Source: Alistipes sp.
GTDB taxonomy: Bacteria > Bacteroidota > Bacteroidia > Bacteroidales > Rikenellaceae
Direction of reading: 5' to 3'
Length of the DNA: 64,000 nucleotides
Assembly (NCBI GenBank): GCA_045645625.1
Contig: JAZRJD010000049.1
Span: forward strand, 13,890-77,889
Position 1 is the first letter of the stretch. The number at the start of each line of letters is the position of its first letter. Of the stretch, positions 39,859 through 50,380 are shown one piece after another. A program made the position numbers and the translations under genes. The notes under the pieces are model-generated. The model made no database searches. It saw only the letters and a program-made list of their open reading frames with translations, and was not told where the DNA came from.

Positions 39859-42750
39859 CTATCTGTTGCATATTGTGCGGTAGTCGCAGTATTTGCATAT
39901 CGAATTATCCTCACATTGCGAGAATGGTATGGTGCGGTCGAACATCTCGCATAGGGTGTTCCTTATCTCCGCCTCGAACTCCTCGGAGCACTCCGTGTAG
40001 GATTCGAGTCTCTGTTTGCTGGATATGGAGAATAGCGAGGAGTACTCCTTGCGTGCCATCGGTCCGACATAGTACAACTCGGGGCGTACCTCGCGACCTG
40101 TCGTATGCGAGAGCATCATCGAGTAGAGCAGTGTATTGATGATATTTGATTTGCGATGTTTCTCTATCGGCACACCATGGAATAGTGCTTCGGCACCATG
40201 AAAGTCCAAATGCGGCTTACCCGTCTTATAGTCGATAACGCGCATCATTCCATTGTTCAACGAGTCGATGCGGTCGGCACGACCTCCCAAGAGGATATCG
40301 AACTGCTCGTCTCCAACCTTTATCGGCATGGTCATCTTGATATACTCCTCGGTCTTGGTAACCACAAATTCGTGGTTGCGGATATCGTAATTCAGCAGGT
40401 TTTTGCCGAGATACTCGCGCACGATATTGCGAATAATCTGCAACTCACCTCCAAGTTCGGGCAACGCTCCCTCCTCGCGACCAAAATAGACCTTCGCGAT
40501 GGCTTTGTCCACGCATCGCTCGACCTCTCCTCTGTCGCGCAACTCGGCAAGGCGTACGGCAGGCTCGGCATCGTCCAAAATCTGCGAGTAGAGCAGGTCT
40601 GCCGCTTCGTGGAATATGTTTCCGAAGGTCAGATTGTCGACCGACTCCTCCAACTCATCTTCGGGGCGCATATACTCCACCACATTGAAGTAGAACTTCA
40701 ACGGGCAATTAACATAGGTGGAGAGAGCCGTTGGCGAGAGTCTGTTGCCGCGTGTGTATCGCAACAACTTGTCGAACACCTCCTCGCTCTTCTCGACATC
40801 AATTTGGTCACTATCCGAGAGCGATACCTCGACACCTACATTCGAGTAGTTAATCTTGAAGTCGGTCTCGTACTCCAACTGTCGAATATAGCGGCTTGGC
40901 TCACCCGTACTCTTGTCATCAGATGCCGAGGAGTAGAACATATATAGATTTTCGGCACGCTCCGCCAAGCGATAGAAGTAGTAGGCATATACACCCTCGT
41001 GGTGCTCGGCGGTAGGTATGTCGAAACCGTAGCGCAAGCCGTATGGAAGGAACGACTTGTCGGTGGCACGACTACCGGGGAAGTTGTTGTCGGTCATCGA
41101 GAGTAGGATTACATTCTTGAAGTCGAGATTTCGAGTTTCGAGAATACCCATAATCTGCAAACCCTCCAATGGCTCACCCGTAAACGAAACCCTCTCCGCT
41201 TGTAGATGTCGGCGCACCAACGAGCGATAGAGTTGCTCCGAGAGTTGTATGTCGCACTCCTCAATTACATTATGCAACTTGACAAGCGCATCGGAGATGG
41301 TTGCCAAGAACTCGGTGCGCATAGCACTCTCATCGCCCTCGTCCGTAACAGCAGAGAGTACATCGATAACACGCAAGAGATATTGCGACTCCTCGCGCCA
41401 ATCCTCCGCCTTGTGGAATATCTCTTCGAGCAGTGGACTCTTTGCCACCATTGCCTGCGGCACCTGAAAGATGCGATGTTTGACTATATCGGCGCGCAAC
41501 TCGGAGTATTGCGAGGTGGTATCGGCGAGATATGGGTGTGTCAGCAGACCATCGACATCGACATGATAGAAGGTCGTGTTGCCCTCCTTGTCCCTGCGGG
41601 CGTGCTTCTGCAACTCCAAGAGTCGCTCCACGAAGGAGTACGCCAGTGTATTGCGTAACGGATAACCCATTGTTACATTTATCGCAGGTGTTGCCCTCTC
41701 CTCGCCGTTGCGCTGCTTGTACTTCACCTTGAACTTCTCGGGCAGGGCATATAACAGTGGCATCAACAACCCCTCATCGGTGAGTACCACTGCAGTATCC
41801 TTGTCGAGCGTGCCGCCATTCTGTTCGGCGATACGCTCCAATATATCGACAACGCATTGACATTGAGCAACATTCGAAGATGACGAGAGTACATTTATCG
41901 ACTTTATGTTGCGGAAGTTGTCGTGCGACACCCCCTCCGTCTCGCCAAACTGTGCAAGGTTTTCGCGGATAAACATTCCCGCCTCCTGAAACTTATTCTC
42001 GGTGTAGTAGCGGTCGTAGTCCCAGTAGAACTCGGCGCAACCTGCACTTTGCATCTTGCGCAGCAGACTCTGTTCGCACTTCGACAGAGCATTGAAGCCG
42101 ACAAAGAGGAACTTTTCGCCGCTTGGCAACTCGGCATCTCCCGCTTCGAGGCGTTCTGCCGCCTCGCGGTATATCATACCCGTATATCCCACGCCCAGAG
42201 CGCGCAGGCGAGAGCGATATTCCTCGTATATCGCACCCAGCGAGTGCCATATCTTCAAGAAGTGTCTCTTTGTTGCCGAGCCCTCAACCGCCTCGTCACC
42301 CACAAGGGTGTGCCAAAAGCGATTAATAACCTCGATCTGTTCGGGCGTGAGGTAACTCATATCCGCCTCGATATCCTTCAAGTCGCTTATGTTCGAGAAT
42401 AGTTGCGAGGCATCGACCATATACTTATCGACCATGTCGAAGTCGGAGAGCAGTACCTCGCCCCAGTGGTAGAACTTATCGAAACTCTCCTCGTGATATT
42501 CGGAGTAGACCTTGTGTAACTCCGCCACAAGGCGCAATCTGTCGCCCTTGCGAAGCCCCGATATACGGCACATCAAATCATCTATCGAGGTGTAGTTTGG
42601 CTCCCACAAGGGTTGTACCGAGACCTTCGATAACGCCTCGGCAAGGAACAATCGGGCGCGCTTTGATGGCAAAACAAGATTGAGCGATGAGAGTTCATCG
42701 CCATACTTTTCGTATATTCGGAGTGCAACCTCCTCGATAAAGGTAGCCAT
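39859..42750 (-). CDS. AddB-like PD-(D/E)XK nuclease with Fe-S staple
   Basis: VLPSKRA, QIMGILETRNLDF, SPTAL..Y..CP, GRADRID, IDYKTG, C..C.Y...C. Confidence 0.88.
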   Translation of the reverse strand: MATFIEEVALRIYEKYGDELSSLNLVLPSKRARLFLAEALSKVSVQPLWEPNYTSIDDLMCRISGLRKGDRLRLVAELHKVYSEYHEESFDKFYHWGEVLLSDFDMVDKYMVDASQLFSNISDLKDIEADMSYLTPEQIEVINRFWHTLVGDEAVEGSATKRHFLKIWHSLGAIYEEYRSRLRALGVGYTGMIYREAAERLEAGDAELPSGEKFLFVGFNALSKCEQSLLRKMQSAGCAEFYWDYDRYYTENKFQEAGMFIRENLAQFGETEGVSHDNFRNIKSINVLSSSSNVAQCQCVVDILERIAEQNGGTLDKDTAVVLTDEGLLMPLLYALPEKFKVKYKQRNGEERATPAINVTMGYPLRNTLAYSFVERLLELQKHARRDKEGNTTFYHVDVDGLLTHPYLADTTSQYSELRADIVKHRIFQVPQAMVAKSPLLEEIFHKAEDWREESQYLLRVIDVLSAVTDEGDESAMRTEFLATISDALVKLHNVIEECDIQLSEQLYRSLVRRHLQAERVSFTGEPLEGLQIMGILETRNLDFKNVILLSMTDNNFPGSRATDKSFLPYGLRYGFDIPTAEHHEGVYAYYFYRLAERAENLYMFYSSASDDKSTGEPSRYIRQLEYETDFKINYSNVGVEVSLSDSDQIDVEKSEEVFDKLLRYTRGNRLSPTALSTYVNCPLKFYFNVVEYMRPEDELEESVDNLTFGNIFHEAADLLYSQILDDAEPAVRLAELRDRGEVERCVDKAIAKVYFGREEGALPELGGELQIIRNIVREYLGKNLLNYDIRNHEFVVTKTEEYIKMTMPIKVGDEQFDILLGGRADRIDSLNNGMMRVIDYKTGKPHLDFHGAEALFHGVPIEKHRKSNIINTLLYSMMLSHTTGREVRPELYYVGPMARKEYSSLFSISSKQRLESYTECSEEFEAEIRNTLCEMFDRTIPFSQCEDNSICKYCDYRTICNR

Positions 42751-42781
42751 AGTTCTCCCTCCCCTCCGAGATTAGAGCCTA

Positions 42782-43510
42782 TTAGTTGATGTTGATGATG
42801 TCGCCACCGAAGATCAGTGTGTGGTCGCGCAGAATTATAGGATATCCCTTGTAGAGCAACTTTGCACCTGTCGAGGTTGTAGCCTCCAATCGCTCCTCGA
42901 CAACAATGCGCACCTCTGCCGAGTGCGAAGCATCGACAATTGCCGCTACGGTCGAGAGTCTGCTGCAATCAACCTTGGCGGTAGATGCCCTCATTGTGAG
43001 GTACTTTGTTGAGCCCTCTATGGTCAGACGGCTGACACCCGTACACTCGATAGCCGAGTCGAGGGTCTTGACTTCGAGCGATACCATTGCTCCGCCCGAT
43101 ACTGTCAGGTCGAACATATTGCTCTCGATTCTGTTCTTGAACTCCGCCTTGGCGTGGGCAATTTTCGCCTCACGCAGGGTGTTGTAGTAGATGGTTATAT
43201 CGGTAACCGAGGTACGCTTCGGGTCAGACTTCTCGCTAACTACGAGTTCGCCTTTTTTGTTCACCTCGAACTTGAACTTCGAGGTTATATTGCCCTTTGT
43301 GTCGTAGGTGATACGGCACTCCTCCTGTGTAGAAACGCTCTTGAATACGACATTCATCGGACCATCGACCTTTACACGATTGAACGGCATTAGCCAGTCG
43401 GTCTTTGGGATTGATACTGCCTGTTCGTTGGTGGTGGTATTTATGGCTTGTGCCGACACAGCAGAGGCGAGTGTCAACAGCATAACAAGTGTTGCGATAA
43501 CTCTTTTCAT
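42782..43510 (-). CDS. DUF2807 / head-GIN-domain protein
   Basis: Signal peptide; F..V.V.G...V start and beta-helix-like S.GA repeats. Confidence 0.65.
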   Translation of the reverse strand: MKRVIATLVMLLTLASAVSAQAINTTTNEQAVSIPKTDWLMPFNRVKVDGPMNVVFKSVSTQEECRITYDTKGNITSKFKFEVNKKGELVVSEKSDPKRTSVTDITIYYNTLREAKIAHAKAEFKNRIESNMFDLTVSGGAMVSLEVKTLDSAIECTGVSRLTIEGSTKYLTMRASTAKVDCSRLSTVAAIVDASHSAEVRIVVEERLEATTSTGAKLLYKGYPIILRDHTLIFGGDIININ

Positions 43511-43609
43511 AGTACAAAAAATTATATTTAGGTATGCAAGTTACAACTTTTTTCGCGAATAGCCAATTTTTTCATCTTTAATTAGTAACTTTACGGAAAT
43601 TTTAAGAGA

Positions 43610-46600
43610 ATGAGCCTCTCGATAGCAAATAATAGAGCCGTGATAGTGCCGGCAAGTGCAGGGTCGGGCAAAACCTTCCGTATAGCACACGAATATATAT
43701 ATGATGTACTCCGCGACCGCTATGACGAGGAGGGAAAGCCCTATTTCGACCGCTCATTCTACAAGCGCATACTTGCCGTAACCTTTACCAACAAGGCTAC
43801 CGAGGAGATGAAGTCGCGCATCTTGAAGGAGATACATCTGCTTGCATCGGGCGCAAAGAGCGACCACCTCGACGACCTTATCAGCGAGACTTCGCTCGAT
43901 GAGGCGACACTGCGCAAGCGCGCCAAAATTGTCCGTTCGCTTATTCTGCACGACTATTCGCACTTTACGGTGCTGACCAACGACACCTTTTTCCAACGCA
44001 TACTTCGTGCCTTCGTGCGCGAGTTGGGTATCGATATGAACTTCTCGACCGAGTTGGATACCGCTCCCGTACTCGCCAAGAGTACCGATGCTCTTATCGA
44101 AAGTATCTCCGAGAACAAGGAGTTGCGCCGATGGCTGGAAGAACTGACCGAGGAGCGTATTCGCGATGGCGAGAGGTGGGATATCCGCGAGGCGATAACT
44201 CTGCTCAACGATGAGTTGTTCAACGAGTCCTCTCGCGATATTATAGCCAAGGGTAGCGACAAGGAGTCTCTCAAAAAGAGCATACAGAACTTCTCCGCCA
44301 TGGTGCGTAGCAGTCGCGAAGCATTTATAGCAAAAGGACAACTCTTCCTAAACACCATCTCGTCACGAGGATATACACACGATAACTTCGCGGGTAGATT
44401 TACAAAGATGGTAGAGCCGGTTGCAGATGGAACATTCAATGAGATTAAAAGTACCATATCCAAACACCTCGCAGACCCGCTCGAAAATTGGTTTAACAAG
44501 GGTAAGGCTACGCCCGATCTGCTCAACCTTGCCGGCGAATTGCAACCACTGCTCAACGAGATTTGCGATGACTTCGTCAATCTGCGTACCCTCGAAAATA
44601 CGCACCGTATTCTCTCGCGAAACTATCGAGGTTTTGCCCTTCTGCACGACTTGCAGAAGATGGTCGAGGAGGTGTGCCGCGATGATAACTCGATGCTCCT
44701 CTCCGAGACAAAGCACCTTATCAGCAACTTTATATCAGAGTCGGAGGCTCCATTCATCTACGAAAAGGTGGGTAACTACTTCGACAAGTTTATGATAGAT
44801 GAGTTCCAAGATACCTCGGCAAAGGAGTGGCGGAACTTCCTGCCGTTGTTGCGTAACGCCATGTCGCAATCGACCGACACCTCGGTACTCATCGTGGGCG
44901 ATGTCAAGCAGTCGATATATCGCTGGCGCGGTGGCGACTGGCGTATCTTGGGTGGCGAGGTTGCACGCGACCTTGCCGAGAGCCGGAGCATACCATTGAA
45001 GAACAACTGGCGCAGTCTGCCGAATATCGTGGAGTTCAATACTGCGCTCTTCGACTCGATTGTTAAGCAGCAGAACGAGGTGCTGAATGCCCAACTCGAC
45101 AATGCGATGAAGGCAAAACGCCTATCGAAGGAGTGCAGGGAGGAGTTGTATAACACCCTCGAAAGGGCGTATGCCGACCATGAACAGAAGGCTCGCCGCA
45201 AACATACGAACAACGGGTATATCTCGATGATTACCCCTGTCGAGGGGGAGAAGGCGATGGTAAACCGAGATGGCATGCCACTCTATATCGAGCGCATACG
45301 CGAGATTTTGGAGCGCGGCTATCTCCCTCGCGACATTACGATACTTGTGCGCAAGAATAGCCACGGTATGGATATCGCCAAGGAGTTGCTCTCGTATCGC
45401 GACTGCTTCCCAAAGGAGTTGTGGTTTGAGATAACCACCGAGGAGGCTTTGAGCCTTGCCGCCTCGCCTGCCGTAAAACTTATTATTGCGGTGATGCGCC
45501 TTGCAATAAATCGTAGAGATACTACCTCGCTCGTACAGTACAACCACCTGCATAAAGACGACCTCTTTGGTGCTGTACTCGATAAGGAGGAGCATGCCTT
45601 TCTTGACACGATACGCATGATGTCACCCGAGGAGGCATTCAACAATATAACCATTCGCTACGCCGATGATTTGAAGGGGCAGACCGCCTATGTGTTGGCT
45701 CTGCACGAACATATCTGTCGCTTCTCGGCAAACAGGGTTGCCGACCTTGCACTCTTCGACAAGTGGTGGCGCGAGAAGGGCAATGGGCTCTCGGTGCGCG
45801 TGGAACGCAGCGAACGCACCATCGAAATCCTCACCATACATAAATCGAAGGGTTTGGAGAACAAGGTTATCGTAATACCGAACTGCTCGTGGTCGATGAG
45901 TCCGACCGACTCGTCAGGATATACCACCAATATCGTCTGGGCAAAACCTAACGAGAGCGATTATCTCGACAATATCGGCGAGTTTCCCGTGTTGTTCAAT
46001 AGTTCGATGGCGGAGTCGTTCTTCGCCGATGACTACTTCCGCGAGGTGGTCTATGCCTGTGTCGATGCGCTGAATATGCTCTATGTCGCAACTACTCGCG
46101 CCAAGGAGCAACTTCATATCTTCTTGCCTAACAACGGTGTAAGGAACTCTATCAACCAGATGTTGGTGGCGACCTACTCGAATAGAATGCAACAGGTGGA
46201 GGGTACCAACTATCGCCAATACGAGATTGGTACATTCGATGTTCCCGAGCCGGAGGAGAGGGTAGCAGCAAGCGTTAGTAACCGTGTCATAAAGGAGCAT
46301 AGCGTATCTCCCGTAACGCTCAAATTCCGCACCTCGGCATCGCGCTACTTTGCTGACGAGAAGGGTGCGCTTACACCGCGCAGCATGGGTATTCGTCTGC
46401 ACCGCGTATTTGAGAGTGCCGTAACTCGCGAGGAGATATTTGCAACACTCGATGAGATGGCGATAAACGGCGAGTTGAGCCGCGAGGAGACCGCCTCGTT
46501 GAAGGCGCAGATCACCGATACGCTAGACAACTCCATTGCCGGCGAGTGGTTTGACGGCAGTTGGGAGAGGTTGCATCGCGAACGCAATATCATTCGTCCG

Positions 46601-46804
46601 AATGCCACATCGAAACGCCCCGACCGAGTGATGACTCGTGGCAAGGAAGCGGTGGTCGTGGACTACAAGTTCGGCGAGGAGAGCAATATCTACCATCGAC
46701 AAATTACCGAGTATATGGAGATACTGCGGGAGATGGGCTACACTACGGTAAAGGGCTATATCTGGTATGTTACGGCAGGAAAGATTGTCAATGTTGAGGG
46801 GTAA
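43610..46804 (+). CDS. AddA-like UvrD helicase-nuclease
   Basis: ASAGSGKT, TFTNKAT.EM, IDEFQDTS, GDVKQSIYRWRGG, TIHKSKGLE, YVATTRA, C-terminal RPDR...VDYKFG nuclease. Confidence 0.92.
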   Translation: MSLSIANNRAVIVPASAGSGKTFRIAHEYIYDVLRDRYDEEGKPYFDRSFYKRILAVTFTNKATEEMKSRILKEIHLLASGAKSDHLDDLISETSLDEATLRKRAKIVRSLILHDYSHFTVLTNDTFFQRILRAFVRELGIDMNFSTELDTAPVLAKSTDALIESISENKELRRWLEELTEERIRDGERWDIREAITLLNDELFNESSRDIIAKGSDKESLKKSIQNFSAMVRSSREAFIAKGQLFLNTISSRGYTHDNFAGRFTKMVEPVADGTFNEIKSTISKHLADPLENWFNKGKATPDLLNLAGELQPLLNEICDDFVNLRTLENTHRILSRNYRGFALLHDLQKMVEEVCRDDNSMLLSETKHLISNFISESEAPFIYEKVGNYFDKFMIDEFQDTSAKEWRNFLPLLRNAMSQSTDTSVLIVGDVKQSIYRWRGGDWRILGGEVARDLAESRSIPLKNNWRSLPNIVEFNTALFDSIVKQQNEVLNAQLDNAMKAKRLSKECREELYNTLERAYADHEQKARRKHTNNGYISMITPVEGEKAMVNRDGMPLYIERIREILERGYLPRDITILVRKNSHGMDIAKELLSYRDCFPKELWFEITTEEALSLAASPAVKLIIAVMRLAINRRDTTSLVQYNHLHKDDLFGAVLDKEEHAFLDTIRMMSPEEAFNNITIRYADDLKGQTAYVLALHEHICRFSANRVADLALFDKWWREKGNGLSVRVERSERTIEILTIHKSKGLENKVIVIPNCSWSMSPTDSSGYTTNIVWAKPNESDYLDNIGEFPVLFNSSMAESFFADDYFREVVYACVDALNMLYVATTRAKEQLHIFLPNNGVRNSINQMLVATYSNRMQQVEGTNYRQYEIGTFDVPEPEERVAASVSNRVIKEHSVSPVTLKFRTSASRYFADEKGALTPRSMGIRLHRVFESAVTREEIFATLDEMAINGELSREETASLKAQITDTLDNSIAGEWFDGSWERLHRERNIIRPNATSKRPDRVMTRGKEAVVVDYKFGEESNIYHRQITEYMEILREMGYTTVKGYIWYVTAGKIVNVEG

Positions 46805-46842
46805 AAGGTTGATTTTTGAGTTTTAAGTGTTATCTTTGTAAG

Positions 46843-48543
46843 ATGAAACTCCGATTTATCGACATAATACCGAAGAGTTTTCGGACGAAGGGGGTGGGCG
46901 TAGCCGCGACTATCTTCGTGCGCGCACTGCTGAACTTTGTAGGCTTGGCTGCCCTGTTGCCGTTGCTATATCTTATTCTCGACTCGGAGAGTATGCATTC
47001 CAACGCACTCCTGCACAGCATCTACAACTATCTCGGCTTCGACTCCGATTACCACTTTGTTGTTGCTGTGGCGGCTGTCGTGGTGGTGTTTATCGCAATA
47101 AAGAGCGTTGTCAATCTGCTGCTCTACCGCGTTGAGCGCGACTACATCTACAACCTCTACCGCCACCTCTCGCGACAACTATTCGTGGGCTACTTTGCGC
47201 AGGGGTTGCAGTTCGTCAAGACGGAGAACTCGGCGGTGCTGTCGCGTAATGTGAATGTGGTGTGCTACACCTTTGTTACGGGGGTGCTTCGCCCTATGGC
47301 GACCATTGTCAGCGAAGTACTGCTGTTGCTGATGATACTACTCTCGATAGCGATATACTCCCCTGTCGGGGCGACACTCGCCATTGCGATTTTTATCCCG
47401 GTTGCGTGGCTCTATTTCGCACTTATGCGCTACCGCCTCGATCGCTATGGCAATACCGAGAACGAGGCTCAACGCCGTAAATATCGCGATGTTATCGAGA
47501 CTTTCCGAGGCTATGCCGATATACAAATTAATAACGCCTTCTCGCACCAACTCTCTCTCTTTGACCGCGAGTTGGATACCATCGTTAATGTTGGTCGCAA
47601 GAATGCCACAATATCGATGTTGCCACAAAACCTTACCGAGACGGGATTAGCGGTAGGCATGGCGTTGTTGCTCTGCTTGGGTGCAGGTATGGGGTCGGCA
47701 GATATGAAACTCCTCTTTGGTGTCTTTGCCGTTGCAGGTCTGCGACTACTGCCTTCGGCACGAAGCATTATGAGTGCTTGGAGTGCACTGCGCTACAATC
47801 GCTACACCATAGATATCCTGACTGAGGCTGCCGAGGTTAAGGCACAGGATAGTAATGATACCTCGGAGCGAATACCGTTCAACGACAAAATTGAGGTGCG
47901 CAACCTCTCGTTCCGCTTCGACAATGGCACACAAGATACCCTGCACAATCTCTCTCTCACGATAGAGAAGGGCGAGAAGTTGGGCATAAACGGAGAGTCG
48001 GGAGCGGGAAAGACCACTTTGCTGAATGCTCTGCTCGGACTATACGCTCCGACCGAAGGCGATATCCTTGTTGATGGCGAGGTGCTGTGCGGTGAGCGCA
48101 TTCGCAAGTGGCAGAATAGCATAGGCTATGTCTCGCAGAACACCTTTCTTGCCGATAGTTCCATACTTGCCAATATAGCCCTCGGTTGCGAGGAGAGCGA
48201 TATCGATATGGCACAAATCGAGAGGTGCATTGAGGCGGCATCGCTCTCGGAGTTTGTGGCATCGTTGCCAAAGGGTATTCATACCCGTATAGGCGAGTGT
48301 GGCGCACTCCTCTCTGGCGGACAGCGACAGCGCATCGGCATCGCCCGCGCACTCTATAAGCAGGCGGATATACTCTTATTCGATGAGGCAACCTCCTCGC
48401 TCGACAATGCTACCGAGCAGAGTATAAATCGCGCTATCGAGCGACTCTCGGCATCGAACAAGGAATTGACAATCGTTGTGGTAGCCCACCGCGATAGTTC
48501 GCTCGGCTACTGCGACCGCATTATAACACTCGACAAAATATAA
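46843..48543 (+). CDS. ABC exporter, fused permease/ATPase (PglK/HetA-like architecture)
   Basis: TM domain plus GESGAGKTT, LSGGQRQR, LLFDEATS, AHR; no C39 peptidase domain. Confidence 0.85.
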   Translation: MKLRFIDIIPKSFRTKGVGVAATIFVRALLNFVGLAALLPLLYLILDSESMHSNALLHSIYNYLGFDSDYHFVVAVAAVVVVFIAIKSVVNLLLYRVERDYIYNLYRHLSRQLFVGYFAQGLQFVKTENSAVLSRNVNVVCYTFVTGVLRPMATIVSEVLLLLMILLSIAIYSPVGATLAIAIFIPVAWLYFALMRYRLDRYGNTENEAQRRKYRDVIETFRGYADIQINNAFSHQLSLFDRELDTIVNVGRKNATISMLPQNLTETGLAVGMALLLCLGAGMGSADMKLLFGVFAVAGLRLLPSARSIMSAWSALRYNRYTIDILTEAAEVKAQDSNDTSERIPFNDKIEVRNLSFRFDNGTQDTLHNLSLTIEKGEKLGINGESGAGKTTLLNALLGLYAPTEGDILVDGEVLCGERIRKWQNSIGYVSQNTFLADSSILANIALGCEESDIDMAQIERCIEAASLSEFVASLPKGIHTRIGECGALLSGGQRQRIGIARALYKQADILLFDEATSSLDNATEQSINRAIERLSASNKELTIVVVAHRDSSLGYCDRIITLDKI

Positions 48544-48550
48544 CACTTTT

Positions 48551-49429
48551 ATGGATTACCGCATAGCAGATTTTATACTTCGCACCGAAGGCAGACATAG
48601 CGATATCGCAGCGTGTGGCTTGCGAGGCTTCAAACCCTTCGAGGTGGAGAGCGACACTGCAACAGAGGCTACAATGTTGTTGAAGATGGATTGCGATATC
48701 GAGGAGAGCCGCTACGCAGTGACCGAGCACATACACTCCTTCGACTTCGAGCAGAACTATGCCCTTGGTGAGTTGTCGCGATATGCTACGGGCTATCGCT
48801 TTGTGATGATACGCGAGGGTAAGAACTTTATTCTCGTCAAGGAAGATGGCTCGAATATCGTGGAGAGTAACTTGGGGTGCTTCGAGGAGGCAGACCCCTC
48901 GCTCGTGCGATTTGGTATCTGGATTATGTTCGGCATTACCATAGCCCCACTCGGTGCCATAGCCATACACTCTTCGGTTATCGTGAAAGATGATAGTGCC
49001 GTGCTTTGCCTTGGCGAATCTGGAACGGGAAAGAGCACCCACACACGCCTGTGGCGCGAGAATATCGAGGGTGCGCGACTGCTGAATGATGATAGTCCGA
49101 TAATTCGTGTGATTGACGGTAGGAGTATCGTCTATGGCTCACCTTGGAGTGGCAAAACCGCATGCTTTGTCAATAAGTGTGTGCCCGTGCGCGCATTGTT
49201 GCGCCTTTCGCAGGCTCCGCACAACAAAATCTATCGCCTGCCTGCACTTATGGCGATAGGGGCAGTTCTCCCTTCGTGCCCACCAGCATTTGCCTACGAT
49301 AGCAGATTGCAAGATGCCATTTGCAGCACTGTGTCGGATATCCTCACCACAACACCTGTATATCACTTGGAGTGTCTGCCCGATGCTGCGGCGGCCGAGT
49401 TGTCATATACCACAATCTTCAAAAAGTAG
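48551..49429 (+). CDS. HPr-kinase/PEPCK-like P-loop protein
   Basis: IHSS, GESGTGKSTH..LW, LLNDD, YGSPWSGK. Confidence 0.75.
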   Translation: MDYRIADFILRTEGRHSDIAACGLRGFKPFEVESDTATEATMLLKMDCDIEESRYAVTEHIHSFDFEQNYALGELSRYATGYRFVMIREGKNFILVKEDGSNIVESNLGCFEEADPSLVRFGIWIMFGITIAPLGAIAIHSSVIVKDDSAVLCLGESGTGKSTHTRLWRENIEGARLLNDDSPIIRVIDGRSIVYGSPWSGKTACFVNKCVPVRALLRLSQAPHNKIYRLPALMAIGAVLPSCPPAFAYDSRLQDAICSTVSDILTTTPVYHLECLPDAAAAELSYTTIFKK

Positions 49430-49432
49430 GAG

Positions 49433-49846
49433 ATGAAAGAGGCTCGTACCATATCCAACCGCGAATTATTCTCGATAGTGCGCGACACCCTGCTTGAAGG
49501 CAAAACCGTGCGCGTTGCCGTCAAGGGCGAGAGTATGTTGCCCTTCTTTCGTAGTGGCTCAACCATAACACTGCGCCCCGTGTGCGAGGAGGATATCCGC
49601 AAGTATAATGTTGTGATGGCAGATGCGGGAGCGAACTTTGTGGTGCATCGTATTATCGAGGTGGGCGAGGATATCGTCACACTTCTCGGCGATGGCAACT
49701 ACATTGGCACAGAGCGTGTTTCGCGTGACAAAATTTATGGCGTGGTTGATTGCTCGGCTCTACATATATTCTTTGCCAAGATATGGCTGTGGCTTCGTCC
49801 CGTGCGCCGCTACCCCCTCGCCGTATTCCGCAGGGTACTTAAATAG
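49433..49846 (+). CDS. S24/S26-family peptidase-like protein
   Basis: VKGESMLPF (catalytic Ser), VVHRII (His), LGDGN. Confidence 0.8.
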   Translation: MKEARTISNRELFSIVRDTLLEGKTVRVAVKGESMLPFFRSGSTITLRPVCEEDIRKYNVVMADAGANFVVHRIIEVGEDIVTLLGDGNYIGTERVSRDKIYGVVDCSALHIFFAKIWLWLRPVRRYPLAVFRRVLK

Positions 49847-49896
49847 ACAAGAGACGAGAGTTTTACACCCTCGTCTCTCTCTCTCTCTTGTTTCTG

Positions 49897-50352
49897 CTAT
49901 TTCTTCTCTTTCAGCAAATCGCGAATCTCGGTCAAAAGGACTTCCTCCTTCGATGGTGCAGGAGGTGCAGGTGGAGTTGCCGGTGCTTCCTCCTCCTTCT
50001 TCTTCAAGTTCGAGAGTTTAGTCATAAACTTCACGAGCAAGAATACGCACAACGCCAAGATTGTGAAATCTACAACCTGCTGAATAAATGCGCCATAGTT
50101 CCAATATACAGGTTCCGATGGCACTGCACCCTCACTCACAACCGATACGGCTGCATCTTTTAAGGCTGCAAGATTAACCTTCAAGTCCTTGAAATTGACA
50201 TTGCCGAGCAACATTCCGATTGGCGGCATCAAGATATCGTTTACCAACGATGTTACAATCTTTCCGAAAGCACCGCCGATGATAACACCGACCGCCATAT
50301 CCATCACATTACCTTTGAGGGCAAATGCCTTAAATTCCTTCAAAAATCCCAT
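49897..50352 (-). CDS. mscL: Large-conductance mechanosensitive channel
   Basis: [42 protein letters not shown]. Confidence 0.97.
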   Translation of the reverse strand: MGFLKEFKAFALKGNVMDMAVGVIIGGAFGKIVTSLVNDILMPPIGMLLGNVNFKDLKVNLAALKDAAVSVVSEGAVPSEPVYWNYGAFIQQVVDFTILALCVFLLVKFMTKLSNLKKKEEEAPATPPAPPAPSKEEVLLTEIRDLLKEKK

Positions 50353-50380
50353 AAGATTTCTTCATTTTATAGGTTAAACA

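Noticed and set aside
39859-46804. Helicase+nuclease pair as an anti-phage defence system
   Set aside because: Motifs, sizes and the Fe-S staple fit housekeeping AddAB; composition matches core genes.
46843-49846. Complete lasso-peptide cluster
   Set aside because: No asparagine-synthetase-like cyclase, B2 transglutaminase-like protease, RRE or precursor in the window.
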